Shown here piece by piece: positions 7,118 through 17,009 of a DNA stretch of 25,563 bases. The stretch spans positions 1-25,563 of IMG/VR virus record IMGVR_UViG_3300044513_000282, one strand, 5' to 3'. The notes below the pieces were generated by a model. It was not told the DNA's origin. It worked only from the letters and a program-made list of their open reading frames with translations, and made no database searches. Position 1 is the first letter of the stretch. Each line of letters starts with the position of its first letter. A program made the position numbers and the translations under genes. The DNA comes from a virus. Lineage: Duplodnaviria; Caudoviricetes.

Positions 7118-8767
7118 TTAAGTAGTTAGGTTTTTGGCTGGTAGTGTTACATACCAAGTTGTCCCGCCATCTGGCGAAAAGAAAAACCAAATATCTGTTG
7201 CATTAGCGTCTGTGGTTCGGCTGATTGTACCACCGGGATATTTAAACGTCCCGCCTGATAAAATTACTGTTCTTGACGCTGTAGCATCATTCGTCAGAAT
7301 CAAAGTAAAAGATGTAGCTCTGTTAGAAGTGCTATTAGCGGAAGCTAGTGTAAAGGTACAATTACCTGTAAGGGTAGCAGTAAACACGTTACCGTCATCG
7401 CAGTCAATGGTTACCGCTGTTCCAGTATTACCCAAGGCAGTTACTTCGTCCGAAAAAGCGCCCGAAAAGAAGGTGCTAGAGTCATAGCTGATCTTACCAA
7501 CACCGCTGCCATTGGCTAGGCTGTCGGACTGAACTGTGCCTGTTACGTCTATGCCTGTGGCGGTTGTGGCGAGTTTTAATGAGTTGTCGTAGTAAAGAGT
7601 GACTGCTCCGTTAGTATTAAATGCTGCATACGATTCTATATTTCCTAGATTTCCAAGAACAATTTGGTTTTCGCCTTGAATAAATAGACTACCCGTTCCG
7701 TTGTCTGCGATAACACTTGCAGTACCTGTATGATAAATCTGTAGATCATTACCCGCACCAAAGATAGCCTTGTCGTTATCGCCAAAGGAAATATTGCCAG
7801 TAACAGTAGCGTCAGGAATAGTCACTGTTCCTGTGAAGGTTGGGGAGGCTAGTGGGGCTTTAGCGTTTAGCTGAGTCTGTATTGCGCTTGTAACGCCATC
7901 TACATAGTTCAGCTCTGTAGCTGTAGCAGTAAGATCGCTAATGTCTGAAGCAAGCAAAGCCCTCTTATCATAGGTATTACTTGCGTTACCGATGAACACA
8001 TAACCGTCAGTAAGGTTAGGCACATCGTTAGAGCGCCCTGCGCCCATGACTACACCGCCGCCATTACTAGCATCGACCTTAGTGACTCGTCCGAGATTCT
8101 GTACTAATACAGATTGACCAGTAGGTCTTGTGTCCGTGTAACCACCGCCAGAAGCTACATAGATGACATCGCCTTCGCTGAACGCGCTGGTGTCTACACC
8201 AGAGATGCGTCCCATCAATATCAGACTACCTTCAGAACCCGCAGTCAGGTCTTCGCCTAACACGCCTACCGCTGGCATCTTAGCTGAGTCTGAAGCGTCC
8301 GCTGGCGCTATCTCCATCGCATTTCCAGCAGTACCTGTCTGATAAACAGGAGTGCCTTTGAGGATAGTAGATGCAGTAGCGTTCTTGCAGAGTTCTTCAA
8401 TAGTGTCTGACTCGATGGTCAGTTCGTTATTGATGTCGTCGTATGATGTAGTGATACCAAGACCAGCTTGGATAAGAGTATTAACCCTATCGTCCACGCG
8501 CTCGTTTGTATAGTAGAGGTTAGTCCCCTCTGCTAGATCAGTGGTAGTGAATGAACTGAGGTCTGTGATATAGGTAGATACATCGGCAGGAGCGAAGGTA
8601 AATACCCCAGCCGAGTAAGACAGCGTACCGCCTCCACTAGCAGCGCCAGTGGAAACGGATAGGTCTGTAGATTCTAACTTGTCAGCATTGAGGTTGGTGA
8701 AATTCGCATCAACCTCGGTATTTGTTAGAGGCGAGCCTTTACCCGCCCTCGTGGTAATTGTAGCCAT
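7118..8767 (-). CDS. Tail fibre protein (mosaic)
   Basis: Recurrent phage fibre motifs: MATITTRAGKGSPLTNTEVDANFTNL, TDLAEGTNLYYT, ELNYVDGVTSAIQTQLNAKAPLASPTFTG, FGDNDKAIFGAGNDLQIYH, and a C-terminal beta domain ending DGGTTWY. Confidence 0.8.
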   Translation of the reverse strand: MATITTRAGKGSPLTNTEVDANFTNLNADKLESTDLSVSTGAASGGGTLSYSAGVFTFAPADVSTYITDLSSFTTTDLAEGTNLYYTNERVDDRVNTLIQAGLGITTSYDDINNELTIESDTIEELCKNATASTILKGTPVYQTGTAGNAMEIAPADASDSAKMPAVGVLGEDLTAGSEGSLILMGRISGVDTSAFSEGDVIYVASGGGYTDTRPTGQSVLVQNLGRVTKVDASNGGGVVMGAGRSNDVPNLTDGYVFIGNASNTYDKRALLASDISDLTATATELNYVDGVTSAIQTQLNAKAPLASPTFTGTVTIPDATVTGNISFGDNDKAIFGAGNDLQIYHTGTASVIADNGTGSLFIQGENQIVLGNLGNIESYAAFNTNGAVTLYYDNSLKLATTATGIDVTGTVQSDSLANGSGVGKISYDSSTFFSGAFSDEVTALGNTGTAVTIDCDDGNVFTATLTGNCTFTLASANSTSNRATSFTLILTNDATASRTVILSGGTFKYPGGTISRTTDANATDIWFFFSPDGGTTWYVTLPAKNLTT

Positions 8768-8786
8768 ACTCGCCTCATTTCAAATA

Positions 8787-9233
8787 TTAAGATGCTGACA
8801 GTGTAATAGTCCAAGTGATGCTAAGAGTATCGTTAGCAGCCTTGTTTACTACGTCAAACACTGTACGAGCCAGCATATCGCCAGCAGACGCAGCATTGAA
8901 TATACCTGCTTCAGTTATCGCACCAGTACCATCTCCTGCTGACCATGAAGCAACATATTCAATCTGGTTGCTTGTAACAGTAGTAGACGTTAGCGCGTTA
9001 CGGTCTAGCTCAGTGCCGAGAGTAGTATCTCCCGCAGCAGCCGCAGTAGTGCCAGTGCCGATAGCCATATGAGACATAGCAGTCGCTGTAGCGTCCTTCA
9101 TGCGTGAAGCGATATACCCAAGACCTGATGTTACTACCAGGTTGTTAATGTCGCGCTCTTCTTTGATGTTGCCGTCAGTATCTTTCAGAACTACCGAAAG
9201 ACGACCTGTAGCTTTAATTTCGCTGTTAATCAT
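8787..9233 (-). CDS. Virion structural protein (tail fibre anchor/collar-like)
   Basis: NLVVTSGL, HMAIGTGTT, GAITEAGIF and MLARTVF motifs. Start reassigned from 9269 to ATG 9233, which has AAGGA 7 nt upstream. Confidence 0.65.
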   Translation of the reverse strand: MINSEIKATGRLSVVLKDTDGNIKEERDINNLVVTSGLGYIASRMKDATATAMSHMAIGTGTTAAAAGDTTLGTELDRNALTSTTVTSNQIEYVASWSAGDGTGAITEAGIFNAASAGDMLARTVFDVVNKAANDTLSITWTITLSAS

Positions 9234-9243
9234 AGTGTTATCC

Positions 9244-10338
9244 TTAAAAAGTACGTTTTTCACCGACATAATCGTCAGCGAAATACAGGTTGTTATCTAC
9301 ATAGTCCTGACTTAGCAAAACGCCAGAATCAGCTATCCCAAGTATATCAGATTCGACTTTACCTACCAATGAAGCCTGATTGTCCTGAGTTGAGGCCGCA
9401 TCAGAGACGCTTCGAGCATATTCAGCAGTGATAGACACATTATCTGATACAGAAGCTGAGTCAGATTGAGGTCTTGAATATGCTGCTTCTACGACAATAC
9501 TATCTGTCATAGCGGCTGAATCACTAAAGCTACGGTCATATTCAGCAGTCAGCGTTACGGCATCTGTAATAGAAGCGAAGTTAATCACACGCTTCTGGAA
9601 TTGCAGGGTCTGATCGTCATCTATTGTGGCTTCAGCGCCGATATCATCAGTGACATAGACGGTATCAGCTAGACCTTTAGATATAGCGAAGACCTGACTA
9701 TCAGAGGTAATCGTCGTATCTATCGGCTGTTTACCAAACGTCAGAGTATTAGTATCTGTTACCGAGCCAGAATCAAATGCTTCTTCTATTGTAAGTAGCA
9801 ACGATGAAAGGCTATCAGTCATAGACACGCTATCTGTAAACGTCTTAGAGAGTGTGACTCCCAATACCTCAACAGTAATAGCAACGTCTGACACAGCCTT
9901 AGATACTGCAAAAGACTGTGATTCGGATAGAAGAAGAGTGTCTTGTGGGTTTTTGCCTATGCTTGCTATTTGAGCGTCAGTCATTGAGAAGGCATCACTT
10001 GCTACCTTTTCAGCTCCAACTGAAGCAATATCAGAGGCAGTGTAAGCATCTGCAAAAGGTTTGCTCACACCAAAAGCAGTAGTTTCACTGATCTGTACAG
10101 AATCTTGAGCGCCTTTCTGTATAGCCAGAATAGCCTGGTCAGTAGTTCCAACAGCGTCAGAAAACAGCTTGCCAAGCAAAGCCGCAAATATATCGCTAAT
10201 CGAGGCAGTATCAGTAAATATCTCACTATCACCGATAAACGTGCCTAAAACCACCTCAGCAATAATCCTCAGCCTACGCGAAGCCGCTTCTATGCGTAGC
10301 CTTTTAGAAAAGGCTTTGCTGATGGACATTTTAGCCAT
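9244..10338 (-). CDS. Ser/Thr/Asp-rich repeat protein, probably virion structural
   Basis: Degenerate 18-20 aa repeats of K/R-x3-D-x4-(S/T)(D/E); located among tail genes. Confidence 0.6.
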   Translation of the reverse strand: MAKMSISKAFSKRLRIEAASRRLRIIAEVVLGTFIGDSEIFTDTASISDIFAALLGKLFSDAVGTTDQAILAIQKGAQDSVQISETTAFGVSKPFADAYTASDIASVGAEKVASDAFSMTDAQIASIGKNPQDTLLLSESQSFAVSKAVSDVAITVEVLGVTLSKTFTDSVSMTDSLSSLLLTIEEAFDSGSVTDTNTLTFGKQPIDTTITSDSQVFAISKGLADTVYVTDDIGAEATIDDDQTLQFQKRVINFASITDAVTLTAEYDRSFSDSAAMTDSIVVEAAYSRPQSDSASVSDNVSITAEYARSVSDAASTQDNQASLVGKVESDILGIADSGVLLSQDYVDNNLYFADDYVGEKRTF

Positions 10339-10670
10339 TAATAGTCTTCTCTAATAGTGAAGGGTAGCTCTTCGTATACGGTCTCAACAGTGCCGTCATC
10401 AAAGGTTATCTGTACCTCTCCAACATAATCCCCTGCGGTAATATCCAAAGCTGAGGTATTGAATTGGAATACAGCAATACCCGCCTCTAAGTCTGCAGAA
10501 GAGATAGTAGACGAGTTAATCTCGCTCAATACATTGCCTGTATTCTTCTTCTTGAACTTTAAAGTCGGAGTAGCTCCAGTTAAATTAACAGGCAATCCAG
10601 TGTCATCTCTGGTTATTTCAACCTTAACCTGAGAGCCATTATCGCCTTGTACTAGATATAAAGTGTCCAT
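10338..10670 (-). CDS. BppU N-terminal-like (baseplate/fibre adaptor) protein
   Basis: LVQGDN, PVNLTGAT, GIAVFQF, AGDYVGEVQITF and FTIRE pattern. Confidence 0.6.
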   Translation of the reverse strand: MDTLYLVQGDNGSQVKVEITRDDTGLPVNLTGATPTLKFKKKNTGNVLSEINSSTISSADLEAGIAVFQFNTSALDITAGDYVGEVQITFDDGTVETVYEELPFTIREDY

Positions 10671-10673
10671 AAA

Positions 10674-13600
10674 TCATCCACATAGGTAGATACAGGCGAT
10701 CTGTTTGACCTCACCTGCTGAGAATGTAGCGCCCTCACGAGCTTTAGCCACGGTATATGATCGTATTATATCATCTCCTTGTTTCATGCCTTTTCCTGGC
10801 ATTGAGCTAGTTACAATCAAATCTCCTGACTGAATATCGCCCCCTTCGCCACAGACATTAATTTGTCCCTCGCCAAGTGAGTTGACGATTATTGGCTTAC
10901 GACCGACAAATACATCATCATACTGCGAATCTCTGGCTATAGAGCCATCACCAGAAATGCTTTCAAAAGTATCTATAGGCTCATTAGAATCAGGTATTCT
11001 AGCTGACACAGGTACATAACTATCAGACATCTCTTCTGAGTAGATTCCGATAGCAGACTGATTCTGTTGACTACTAATAGCCATAGCGCATAGCGTATTT
11101 GATACATCGCGCCTAATCAGAACCTCTGTGTCAATCATGATGTCACCAATATCAGGAGAGACGGAATCATCTACAAGGCCATCATGCATTCCAGTGAAAG
11201 GAGTAATCGTTCCTGTTGCAGTGATATTACCATTGACGTACATATTCCCTACAGTCGCAACAGCATAGGTACTATTAGCCAATTCTACCTGTCTGCTTCC
11301 AGCAGCAAATATACCTGCTCGAGTGTTATTACATAAACCCGCTTGCGATCTATGAGTTGTCCCGCCAAGGAATAAAGAGTTAGCAAAGTACGCCCCATAA
11401 GAATCAGCGCCATTGTAAGACTGCTGACCCGCGACAGCTACACATGGGTCGCCATTGCCAAGACCCGCTACACCAAAAGCATTGGCTTGAGCGCCTCGCA
11501 ATATACCTGCGCCAGTAAATCCAGCAACACTGGTACTAGTACCAAATTCAAACTGAAAATTACCGTAAGACTTAGATGTATTAGAGACTAGTTTGGCGAC
11601 TGAAACAGAGTCGGCAGCAAGTTCTGTAGCTGTTATTGCTCCCGCAGCTATCTGACCTGCGGTAATCGTGTTAGATGCAATCTGATTAGCAGTAATAGTG
11701 TTTGAAGCTATTTCTGATGCTGTTACCGCATTCGCAGCAATCTTTGGCGTTGTAATCGCATCATTACTTATCTGTGTAGTCGTAATTGATCCAGACAGAT
11801 CAGAAGTAGAAACAGTTGCAATATAAAATGATCCATTCCAACGGTATAACTTGCCATCACTAGTGTTAAAGATTGTCTCTGTACTTTTCGAGCCAGGAAC
11901 ACTGCTAACAATAGTGACAGGCTCTATACCAAGCGCAAACTTAGCAACGTCAATTGCGCCTTCGACAATGCCATCAGAGGTAACTAAGGTAGCTGCGGCT
12001 GATGCTACGCCAGAAAAGCCAGATGTATTATCAGAATAGTCTCTAGCTTTCAGCCAGTAGTAATAAGTAATATCTTCTGTGATGTTCTGATCTACAAAAG
12101 ATTCACCATCAATACTAGCAATCTTGCTTGCCGACCCAGAGCTGTTCGATGTGTGTCTGTATACGTCTATTACCTTCAAATCGCTTGCTGAAGGGTTAGT
12201 CCAATCTAGCCGTATATTCTTAATGCCAAATGTCGCTGAAAGCCCTGTTGGAGCATTAGGAGCGGTCTGATCGCCATTTACGGTAAACGTAGCAGTAGTA
12301 AACGCGCCCTTCACGTTGAGTGAATTTATCGCCCTGATACGAATCGTAACACTTATGCCTACTTCGGCATTGTAGAACTCGTACTTAGGAACACTGGTAA
12401 AGATGCTCTTAAACTCTGTATCAGCCTCAGAGGTCAGCTTGTACTGTATCTCGTACTGGTTCACTAGATTATCGTAGGACGAGTCCCACTCAATCAGACC
12501 AGTAGGTATTACAGTGCCATCAGAACCTAGCGTAGTGGTCTCTGTGATCGTGATGTTAGATACAGCAGCGACTGTGAATGGGTCAGGCAGATTTGTATCT
12601 GGGTACGCAGTCTGCTCAGTGCCTTCTTCCCATGTGTAGATTGTGGAGTCGTACTCAAGCAGGTTCAGACTGACCGTACCGTCCTCGTTCAACTGCATTT
12701 GAGTGACTTGGAAAGGTTTAGCAGTCCAACCTGGCGTTGGATGAGTGATACTAACTACATCGGCTATCTCTAGCTGTAAAGCCTCAGAGGTAGTCTTGAT
12801 CGAGCAGGTAAGCGCGTTCCTAGACCGCAGGACTAAGACCCTAGCTAGGTCTCTGGCTTGGTAGTAACTCGTGATGGTGTCTAGGTCTATGTCTTCCTGT
12901 AGCAGTACCCCACCATCAGCAGCGAGGAAAGCAGTCTCTTCCGAAGACCCAGCAGGAGGCCATATCGCTGTATCAGGTTGCCAGTTAGCGTCTGGATTAG
13001 GGAATTTAACAGAGACACGGTTGAGTTTCTCGTCTTTACTCTCACCTGTGATTACTATGCCGCCAATAATCTCGTCTTTGGTGAAGGTAAACTGACTAGC
13101 ACTAGAACCGTCGATTTTTAATCTGTACTGACCCTGAGAGTAGGGCAGGAAGCCACGACAGCCTAAAAGTAGGATGTTTAGGTTGTCGAACAAGGTCTTA
13201 GAAGTATCTAAAACAGCATTACAGGTAAACAGCTTACCAGTAGTTCCACCTGCATACTCAGTAACCGACTCATCGCAGTCATTAGCCGCAGCGATAATAG
13301 CTGTATCGTCTATCGCGCTAAGTGGTATGCCTTTTCCGTATCTCGTATTAGTTAGGTAGTCACGGATAGCTAGGGCAGGGTTATCAGACCAAGCCGTAGT
13401 TTCTGTGCGCGGGTCATAGACCTTTCTGCCTTTAACTAGAGCAGTAACATCTGGAATACCAGAGAAAGCCTCTTCATCCCACTTAAACCGCAAACCAATA
13501 AACGCTACACCGCGAAGCCTATGGTCAGCCGTCCAGAACTCATTAGCCTCACGCAAGTAATGCGAGTCAGGCATAGTTTGGTCATCTGTACCAAGGTAGA

Positions 13601-14036
13601 TGTTGTAATTAATTAGCCCAGTATATTTAGCGTCAGTGATAGGAATGTCATCAACGTAAATATCTGTGATGCTTTCTACTTCGCCTTCTGCAAGGACTAG
13701 CGCAACATATAGGTATTCATTTGTTGGAGTGCCAGTAACGTCATCGTAGACTTCAGTATCTGGATGGTAGCCAGAATACCAGTTAGTTGTTCCACCTACA
13801 GTTTTGTATGTGCCGTCAGTGGAAACGAACACACGAACACCGCCAACCCTGCGCTCGCCGTAGATTACAGGTATTTGCTCGACGTTGGACTCTTTGTTTA
13901 GAAGAACGCCGCGCTGCTCGTCATTAGGCCGTTTAGCTGCCTTTTGAGCCTTCTTAGCTGCTGTGTAAGATGCTACAGCAGTAGCCGCAGTAAGACCGCC
14001 TATAATCCAAGGTATTAACGCTAAAAAACCAGGCAT
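10674..14036 (-). CDS. Tail tip / central fibre protein (gpJ-like) with FN3-like domains and a putative C-terminal intramolecular chaperone
   Basis: IPVIYGERRVGG, VLAEGEVESI, HRLRGVA, VKGRKVYDPR, WSDNPALAIRDYL; FN3-like DQTAPNAPTGLSA...YYYWLKARDYSDN; C-terminal PFTGMH...NSLGEGQINV...GDLIVTSSMPGKGMKQ. Confidence 0.85.
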   Translation of the reverse strand: MPGFLALIPWIIGGLTAATAVASYTAAKKAQKAAKRPNDEQRGVLLNKESNVEQIPVIYGERRVGGVRVFVSTDGTYKTVGGTTNWYSGYHPDTEVYDDVTGTPTNEYLYVALVLAEGEVESITDIYVDDIPITDAKYTGLINYNIYLGTDDQTMPDSHYLREANEFWTADHRLRGVAFIGLRFKWDEEAFSGIPDVTALVKGRKVYDPRTETTAWSDNPALAIRDYLTNTRYGKGIPLSAIDDTAIIAAANDCDESVTEYAGGTTGKLFTCNAVLDTSKTLFDNLNILLLGCRGFLPYSQGQYRLKIDGSSASQFTFTKDEIIGGIVITGESKDEKLNRVSVKFPNPDANWQPDTAIWPPAGSSEETAFLAADGGVLLQEDIDLDTITSYYQARDLARVLVLRSRNALTCSIKTTSEALQLEIADVVSITHPTPGWTAKPFQVTQMQLNEDGTVSLNLLEYDSTIYTWEEGTEQTAYPDTNLPDPFTVAAVSNITITETTTLGSDGTVIPTGLIEWDSSYDNLVNQYEIQYKLTSEADTEFKSIFTSVPKYEFYNAEVGISVTIRIRAINSLNVKGAFTTATFTVNGDQTAPNAPTGLSATFGIKNIRLDWTNPSASDLKVIDVYRHTSNSSGSASKIASIDGESFVDQNITEDITYYYWLKARDYSDNTSGFSGVASAAATLVTSDGIVEGAIDVAKFALGIEPVTIVSSVPGSKSTETIFNTSDGKLYRWNGSFYIATVSTSDLSGSITTTQISNDAITTPKIAANAVTASEIASNTITANQIASNTITAGQIAAGAITATELAADSVSVAKLVSNTSKSYGNFQFEFGTSTSVAGFTGAGILRGAQANAFGVAGLGNGDPCVAVAGQQSYNGADSYGAYFANSLFLGGTTHRSQAGLCNNTRAGIFAAGSRQVELANSTYAVATVGNMYVNGNITATGTITPFTGMHDGLVDDSVSPDIGDIMIDTEVLIRRDVSNTLCAMAISSQQNQSAIGIYSEEMSDSYVPVSARIPDSNEPIDTFESISGDGSIARDSQYDDVFVGRKPIIVNSLGEGQINVCGEGGDIQSGDLIVTSSMPGKGMKQGDDIIRSYTVAKAREGATFSAGEVKQIACIYLCG

Positions 14037-14590
14037 TAACTCTTACCCCACTTTATGTCTTTGACCGTGTCTGCGGCAAAGTCGAAACCTTTATCACCTG
14101 CAAAGTAGAGCTGCTGAGTATTACTATTAGTCTTCCGACCGTTAGTCTTGTCAAAGTCCTTCCAGTGACTAGCTACCTCAACTGCGACCGTGCTTGTATC
14201 GTCTGTGTCAGAAATACCGTAGCCTGTAATTCTACCATCGAATATCAGTATCGGTTCGCCTATTACGATATCTGCATTGCTTAATACAGCAGTCCAGATT
14301 CTAGTCCTAACATCGATGTAGTTATTGGTAAGGAATAGAGAAACAAAGGTCTGACTAACTCCAGAGAAGGTAAGGTTCAGCGAGTTGATCTGCAGCTCAG
14401 AGGTTTCTGATATTTGGTCAATCTCTAGTAGGTCAGAGCTGCTTAGAAAAGTTGTGCTAAGGGCTGAGACGTTCCTAGCCCAGTTGGTCACCTTGATAGG
14501 CGTATCGAAGTCTATCTGTACAAGCGTAGCCATGTTGAGGTTGTCGCCTGACAACGCCGCAATGGTAGACGCATTTATTTGACGAGTCAT
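14036..14590 (-). CDS. Baseplate hub / minor tail protein (gpL-position)
   Basis: Lies between Dit and the J-like gene; IFDGRI and QQLYFAGDKGFDF...IKWGK motifs. Confidence 0.7.
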   Translation of the reverse strand: MTRQINASTIAALSGDNLNMATLVQIDFDTPIKVTNWARNVSALSTTFLSSSDLLEIDQISETSELQINSLNLTFSGVSQTFVSLFLTNNYIDVRTRIWTAVLSNADIVIGEPILIFDGRITGYGISDTDDTSTVAVEVASHWKDFDKTNGRKTNSNTQQLYFAGDKGFDFAADTVKDIKWGKS

Positions 14591-15165
14591 ATAGCCTCAA
14601 TGAAGTCTACTTCATACGAAGAATGAAGGTCAGTAGCAATGGAAAACTCTTGTATGTCATTAGCCAAGCGTACTGTAAATGGTACGTCATCGTATGTGAT
14701 GACCTCATTGTCAGACACCGCAGAGACTAGAGCTGGTTGGAAACTGAGTGTACCCGCTCCTGCTCGATCAGCCGTAGCCCAGTAAACTTTGTTATGATTA
14801 GCGAACTTGAACACATCACCCACGTTCAGAGTTCCTGTGAAGCCGTCTACAGCGATTGATGTGTCACCTATACTGCCAGCCGCGCTTGATAGCATCGTGC
14901 CTGAGATAGTCCCGTTGGCGCTAGAAATCTCTGGTAAGACGATAGTAAAGGTTTCTGCCATTCCTCTCTGAGCCATGACAAAGCCAATCACTGGGGCAAA
15001 CTCACTCCTAGTCATAGGAGGATAGACAGCCGAGAAGCCGAATCGCTGACCACCTATATTCCTGACCTGCATACGCCCTGAGATAGTTTCAGATGACAGG
15101 TTAAAGAACTCGCTGCGGAAGTTCATCGAGGTAAATACTGGGCTTGTTGGGTATGTTCCGCTCAT
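14587..15165 (-). CDS. Distal tail protein (Dit-like)
   Basis: Directly follows the tape measure with an ATGA overlap; SETISGRMQVR and VGDVFKFANHNKVY. Confidence 0.65.
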   Translation of the reverse strand: MSGTYPTSPVFTSMNFRSEFFNLSSETISGRMQVRNIGGQRFGFSAVYPPMTRSEFAPVIGFVMAQRGMAETFTIVLPEISSANGTISGTMLSSAAGSIGDTSIAVDGFTGTLNVGDVFKFANHNKVYWATADRAGAGTLSFQPALVSAVSDNEVITYDDVPFTVRLANDIQEFSIATDLHSSYEVDFIEAI

Positions 15166-16883
15166 GCTAGTGACGCTCGACCACGATTGTTAATCGCTTG
15201 GTTAATGATGTTTACCAACTGACCTCGGCGCTTGTACAACAACTCATCAAAGCCTTTAGTATCATTGGCTGTGATATTGACGTTTACAGTCATCGGTGCG
15301 CCCTGACCCTTAGTATGGTCAATAACAGTCTCATTTGGGTGAAGGATAGCAGGGAAACCACCCTTGCCGTCTATACCGCCAGTGCGAGACCCCATGCCTG
15401 TAAATCCACCGCCCTCAAATGAGCCTTGGAACTTCTGAGCTTTGATATTAGCTACTTGAGCCATACCAGCCGCTACCGTAGTCGCTGCTAAAGCAATACC
15501 AATTGGACCTGGGTAAGTCGCCAAGGCTAGTGTCGCGCCTTGGTAAGTATTCATCAAGGCTTGAGCAATCTTTACGCCCTTATCTATCTGAAAGCCTTTC
15601 TTGGAATACTTGGCTAGTTCTGATGTCTGCTTGGCGAAGGCATTAACAATTTCTACGCTCTGAGTCTCTTGCAGCTTGGCTTGTTGCTTCTGTCCAAAAG
15701 CTCGCATTTGCTCAAAGAATGTTAATTTCTTAACGCTTCTAGTTATACCTTCGTTAATACCTATAATAGTCCCGCCAGCAGACTCATAGTTATCAAGATA
15801 TTCTTGTATCTTATCTGAAGGCAAAGGCTCATCACGAAGTTTTCTAAACTCAATACGAGCCTCGGCTGCTGCTACTTTCATATCTGTAGCAAAGTCAGCT
15901 AAAGGATTATTAATTGGCTCAAGACCTATTACATTAGCTATAGAGTTATAAGTCTCAATGAATGACTGCATAGCTCCATTAAGAGAGCTAACAATAACGT
16001 CTGCCACTGTCAAAGCAGTCGCTTTTAATATGTGGTAAGCAACGTCTAGTCCGCGAAGGGTATCAAGAAAGAACCCTAAAACTTTAATGACAGCGTGGGC
16101 TGATGTAATAGCTGCATTTTGAAAAGTGGTTGCGCCATACCCTGCATTTGAAAATCCTGTAAAGATTCCCTCAATCACTGGCAATAATTCAGAAGTAAAG
16201 ACCGTAGCCGCAGCCGAACCCGAAAACTTCATGCGAGTTATTTCGTCATTCATGTCCTCGAAACGCTTGGCTTCAATATCTGTAAGGATAATCCCTAGCT
16301 CTTTGGCTTCTTTAGCCATCTCTCTAAGACCTTCCGAGCCTATTGCTAAGGTATTAACCAAAGCAACACCCTCAGAGTCAAAGAGCTTCATGGCTAGACG
16401 TACTTTGTCTGCTTCGCTTTCTACGTCTTGAAAGGAGTCAGCTAAGACTTCCATCTGCTGATCTAGCGGCATCTTCTCTAGCTTGGCTGCATTAATACCT
16501 AGCTCTTGAAGCGCGCCTTTAGCCTCGCCAAACCCACTAGCAGCTTCAGAGACACGACGAGTCAAACGCTGCATCGCCATGTCCATAGTGGTAGTAGATA
16601 CGCCAGTTATCTCGGCTGCGTATTGAAGCTCCTGCAATGTGGCAACAGTAGTGCCGAGCTTTCTAGCTGTCTTGGCTACATTATCTACCTTCTCAACTTG
16701 CTTAGATAAAGCAAAGCCCATAGCGCCAATAGCAGCAGTCGCCCCTGCCGCAGCAGTAGCGATGCCTTTTGCCATATTGACACTTGCAGAAGAGACTTTA
16801 TTAAGATTGTTGCGAACCTTGTTAAAGGCTTGCTGGGTCTTATCAAATGCCGAGATGGTAATTTTAACGTTTTGATTTGCCAT
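15162..16883 (-). CDS. Tail tape measure protein
   Basis: Ala-rich helical protein following the G/GT chaperones; starts VKITISAFDKT; C-terminal FEGGGFTG...GIDGKGGFPAILHPNETVID. Confidence 0.9.
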   Translation of the reverse strand: MANQNVKITISAFDKTQQAFNKVRNNLNKVSSASVNMAKGIATAAAGATAAIGAMGFALSKQVEKVDNVAKTARKLGTTVATLQELQYAAEITGVSTTTMDMAMQRLTRRVSEAASGFGEAKGALQELGINAAKLEKMPLDQQMEVLADSFQDVESEADKVRLAMKLFDSEGVALVNTLAIGSEGLREMAKEAKELGIILTDIEAKRFEDMNDEITRMKFSGSAAATVFTSELLPVIEGIFTGFSNAGYGATTFQNAAITSAHAVIKVLGFFLDTLRGLDVAYHILKATALTVADVIVSSLNGAMQSFIETYNSIANVIGLEPINNPLADFATDMKVAAAEARIEFRKLRDEPLPSDKIQEYLDNYESAGGTIIGINEGITRSVKKLTFFEQMRAFGQKQQAKLQETQSVEIVNAFAKQTSELAKYSKKGFQIDKGVKIAQALMNTYQGATLALATYPGPIGIALAATTVAAGMAQVANIKAQKFQGSFEGGGFTGMGSRTGGIDGKGGFPAILHPNETVIDHTKGQGAPMTVNVNITANDTKGFDELLYKRRGQLVNIINQAINNRGRASLA

Positions 16884-17009
16884 TCTTCATCTCGAAATAA
16901 GTTATCCAGCCTTTGAACTCGATGACTTCCATCTGCATTATCTCCGAGACTGTCTTATGTAGAGTCTCAGCTAGGAAATAACAGAATCGTAGGTCGCCAT
17001 CGCTCGTTA
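16864..17009 (-). CDS. Tail assembly chaperone T segment (C-terminus of the frameshifted gpGT)
   Basis: Not in the ORF track. The -1 frame after the slippery site reads LTSDGDLRFCYFLAETLHKTVSEIMQMEVIEFKGWITYFEMKNGKSKR, then TAA at 16866-16864; the LA..L..TV.E....E...W pattern is typical of gpT. Confidence 0.8.
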
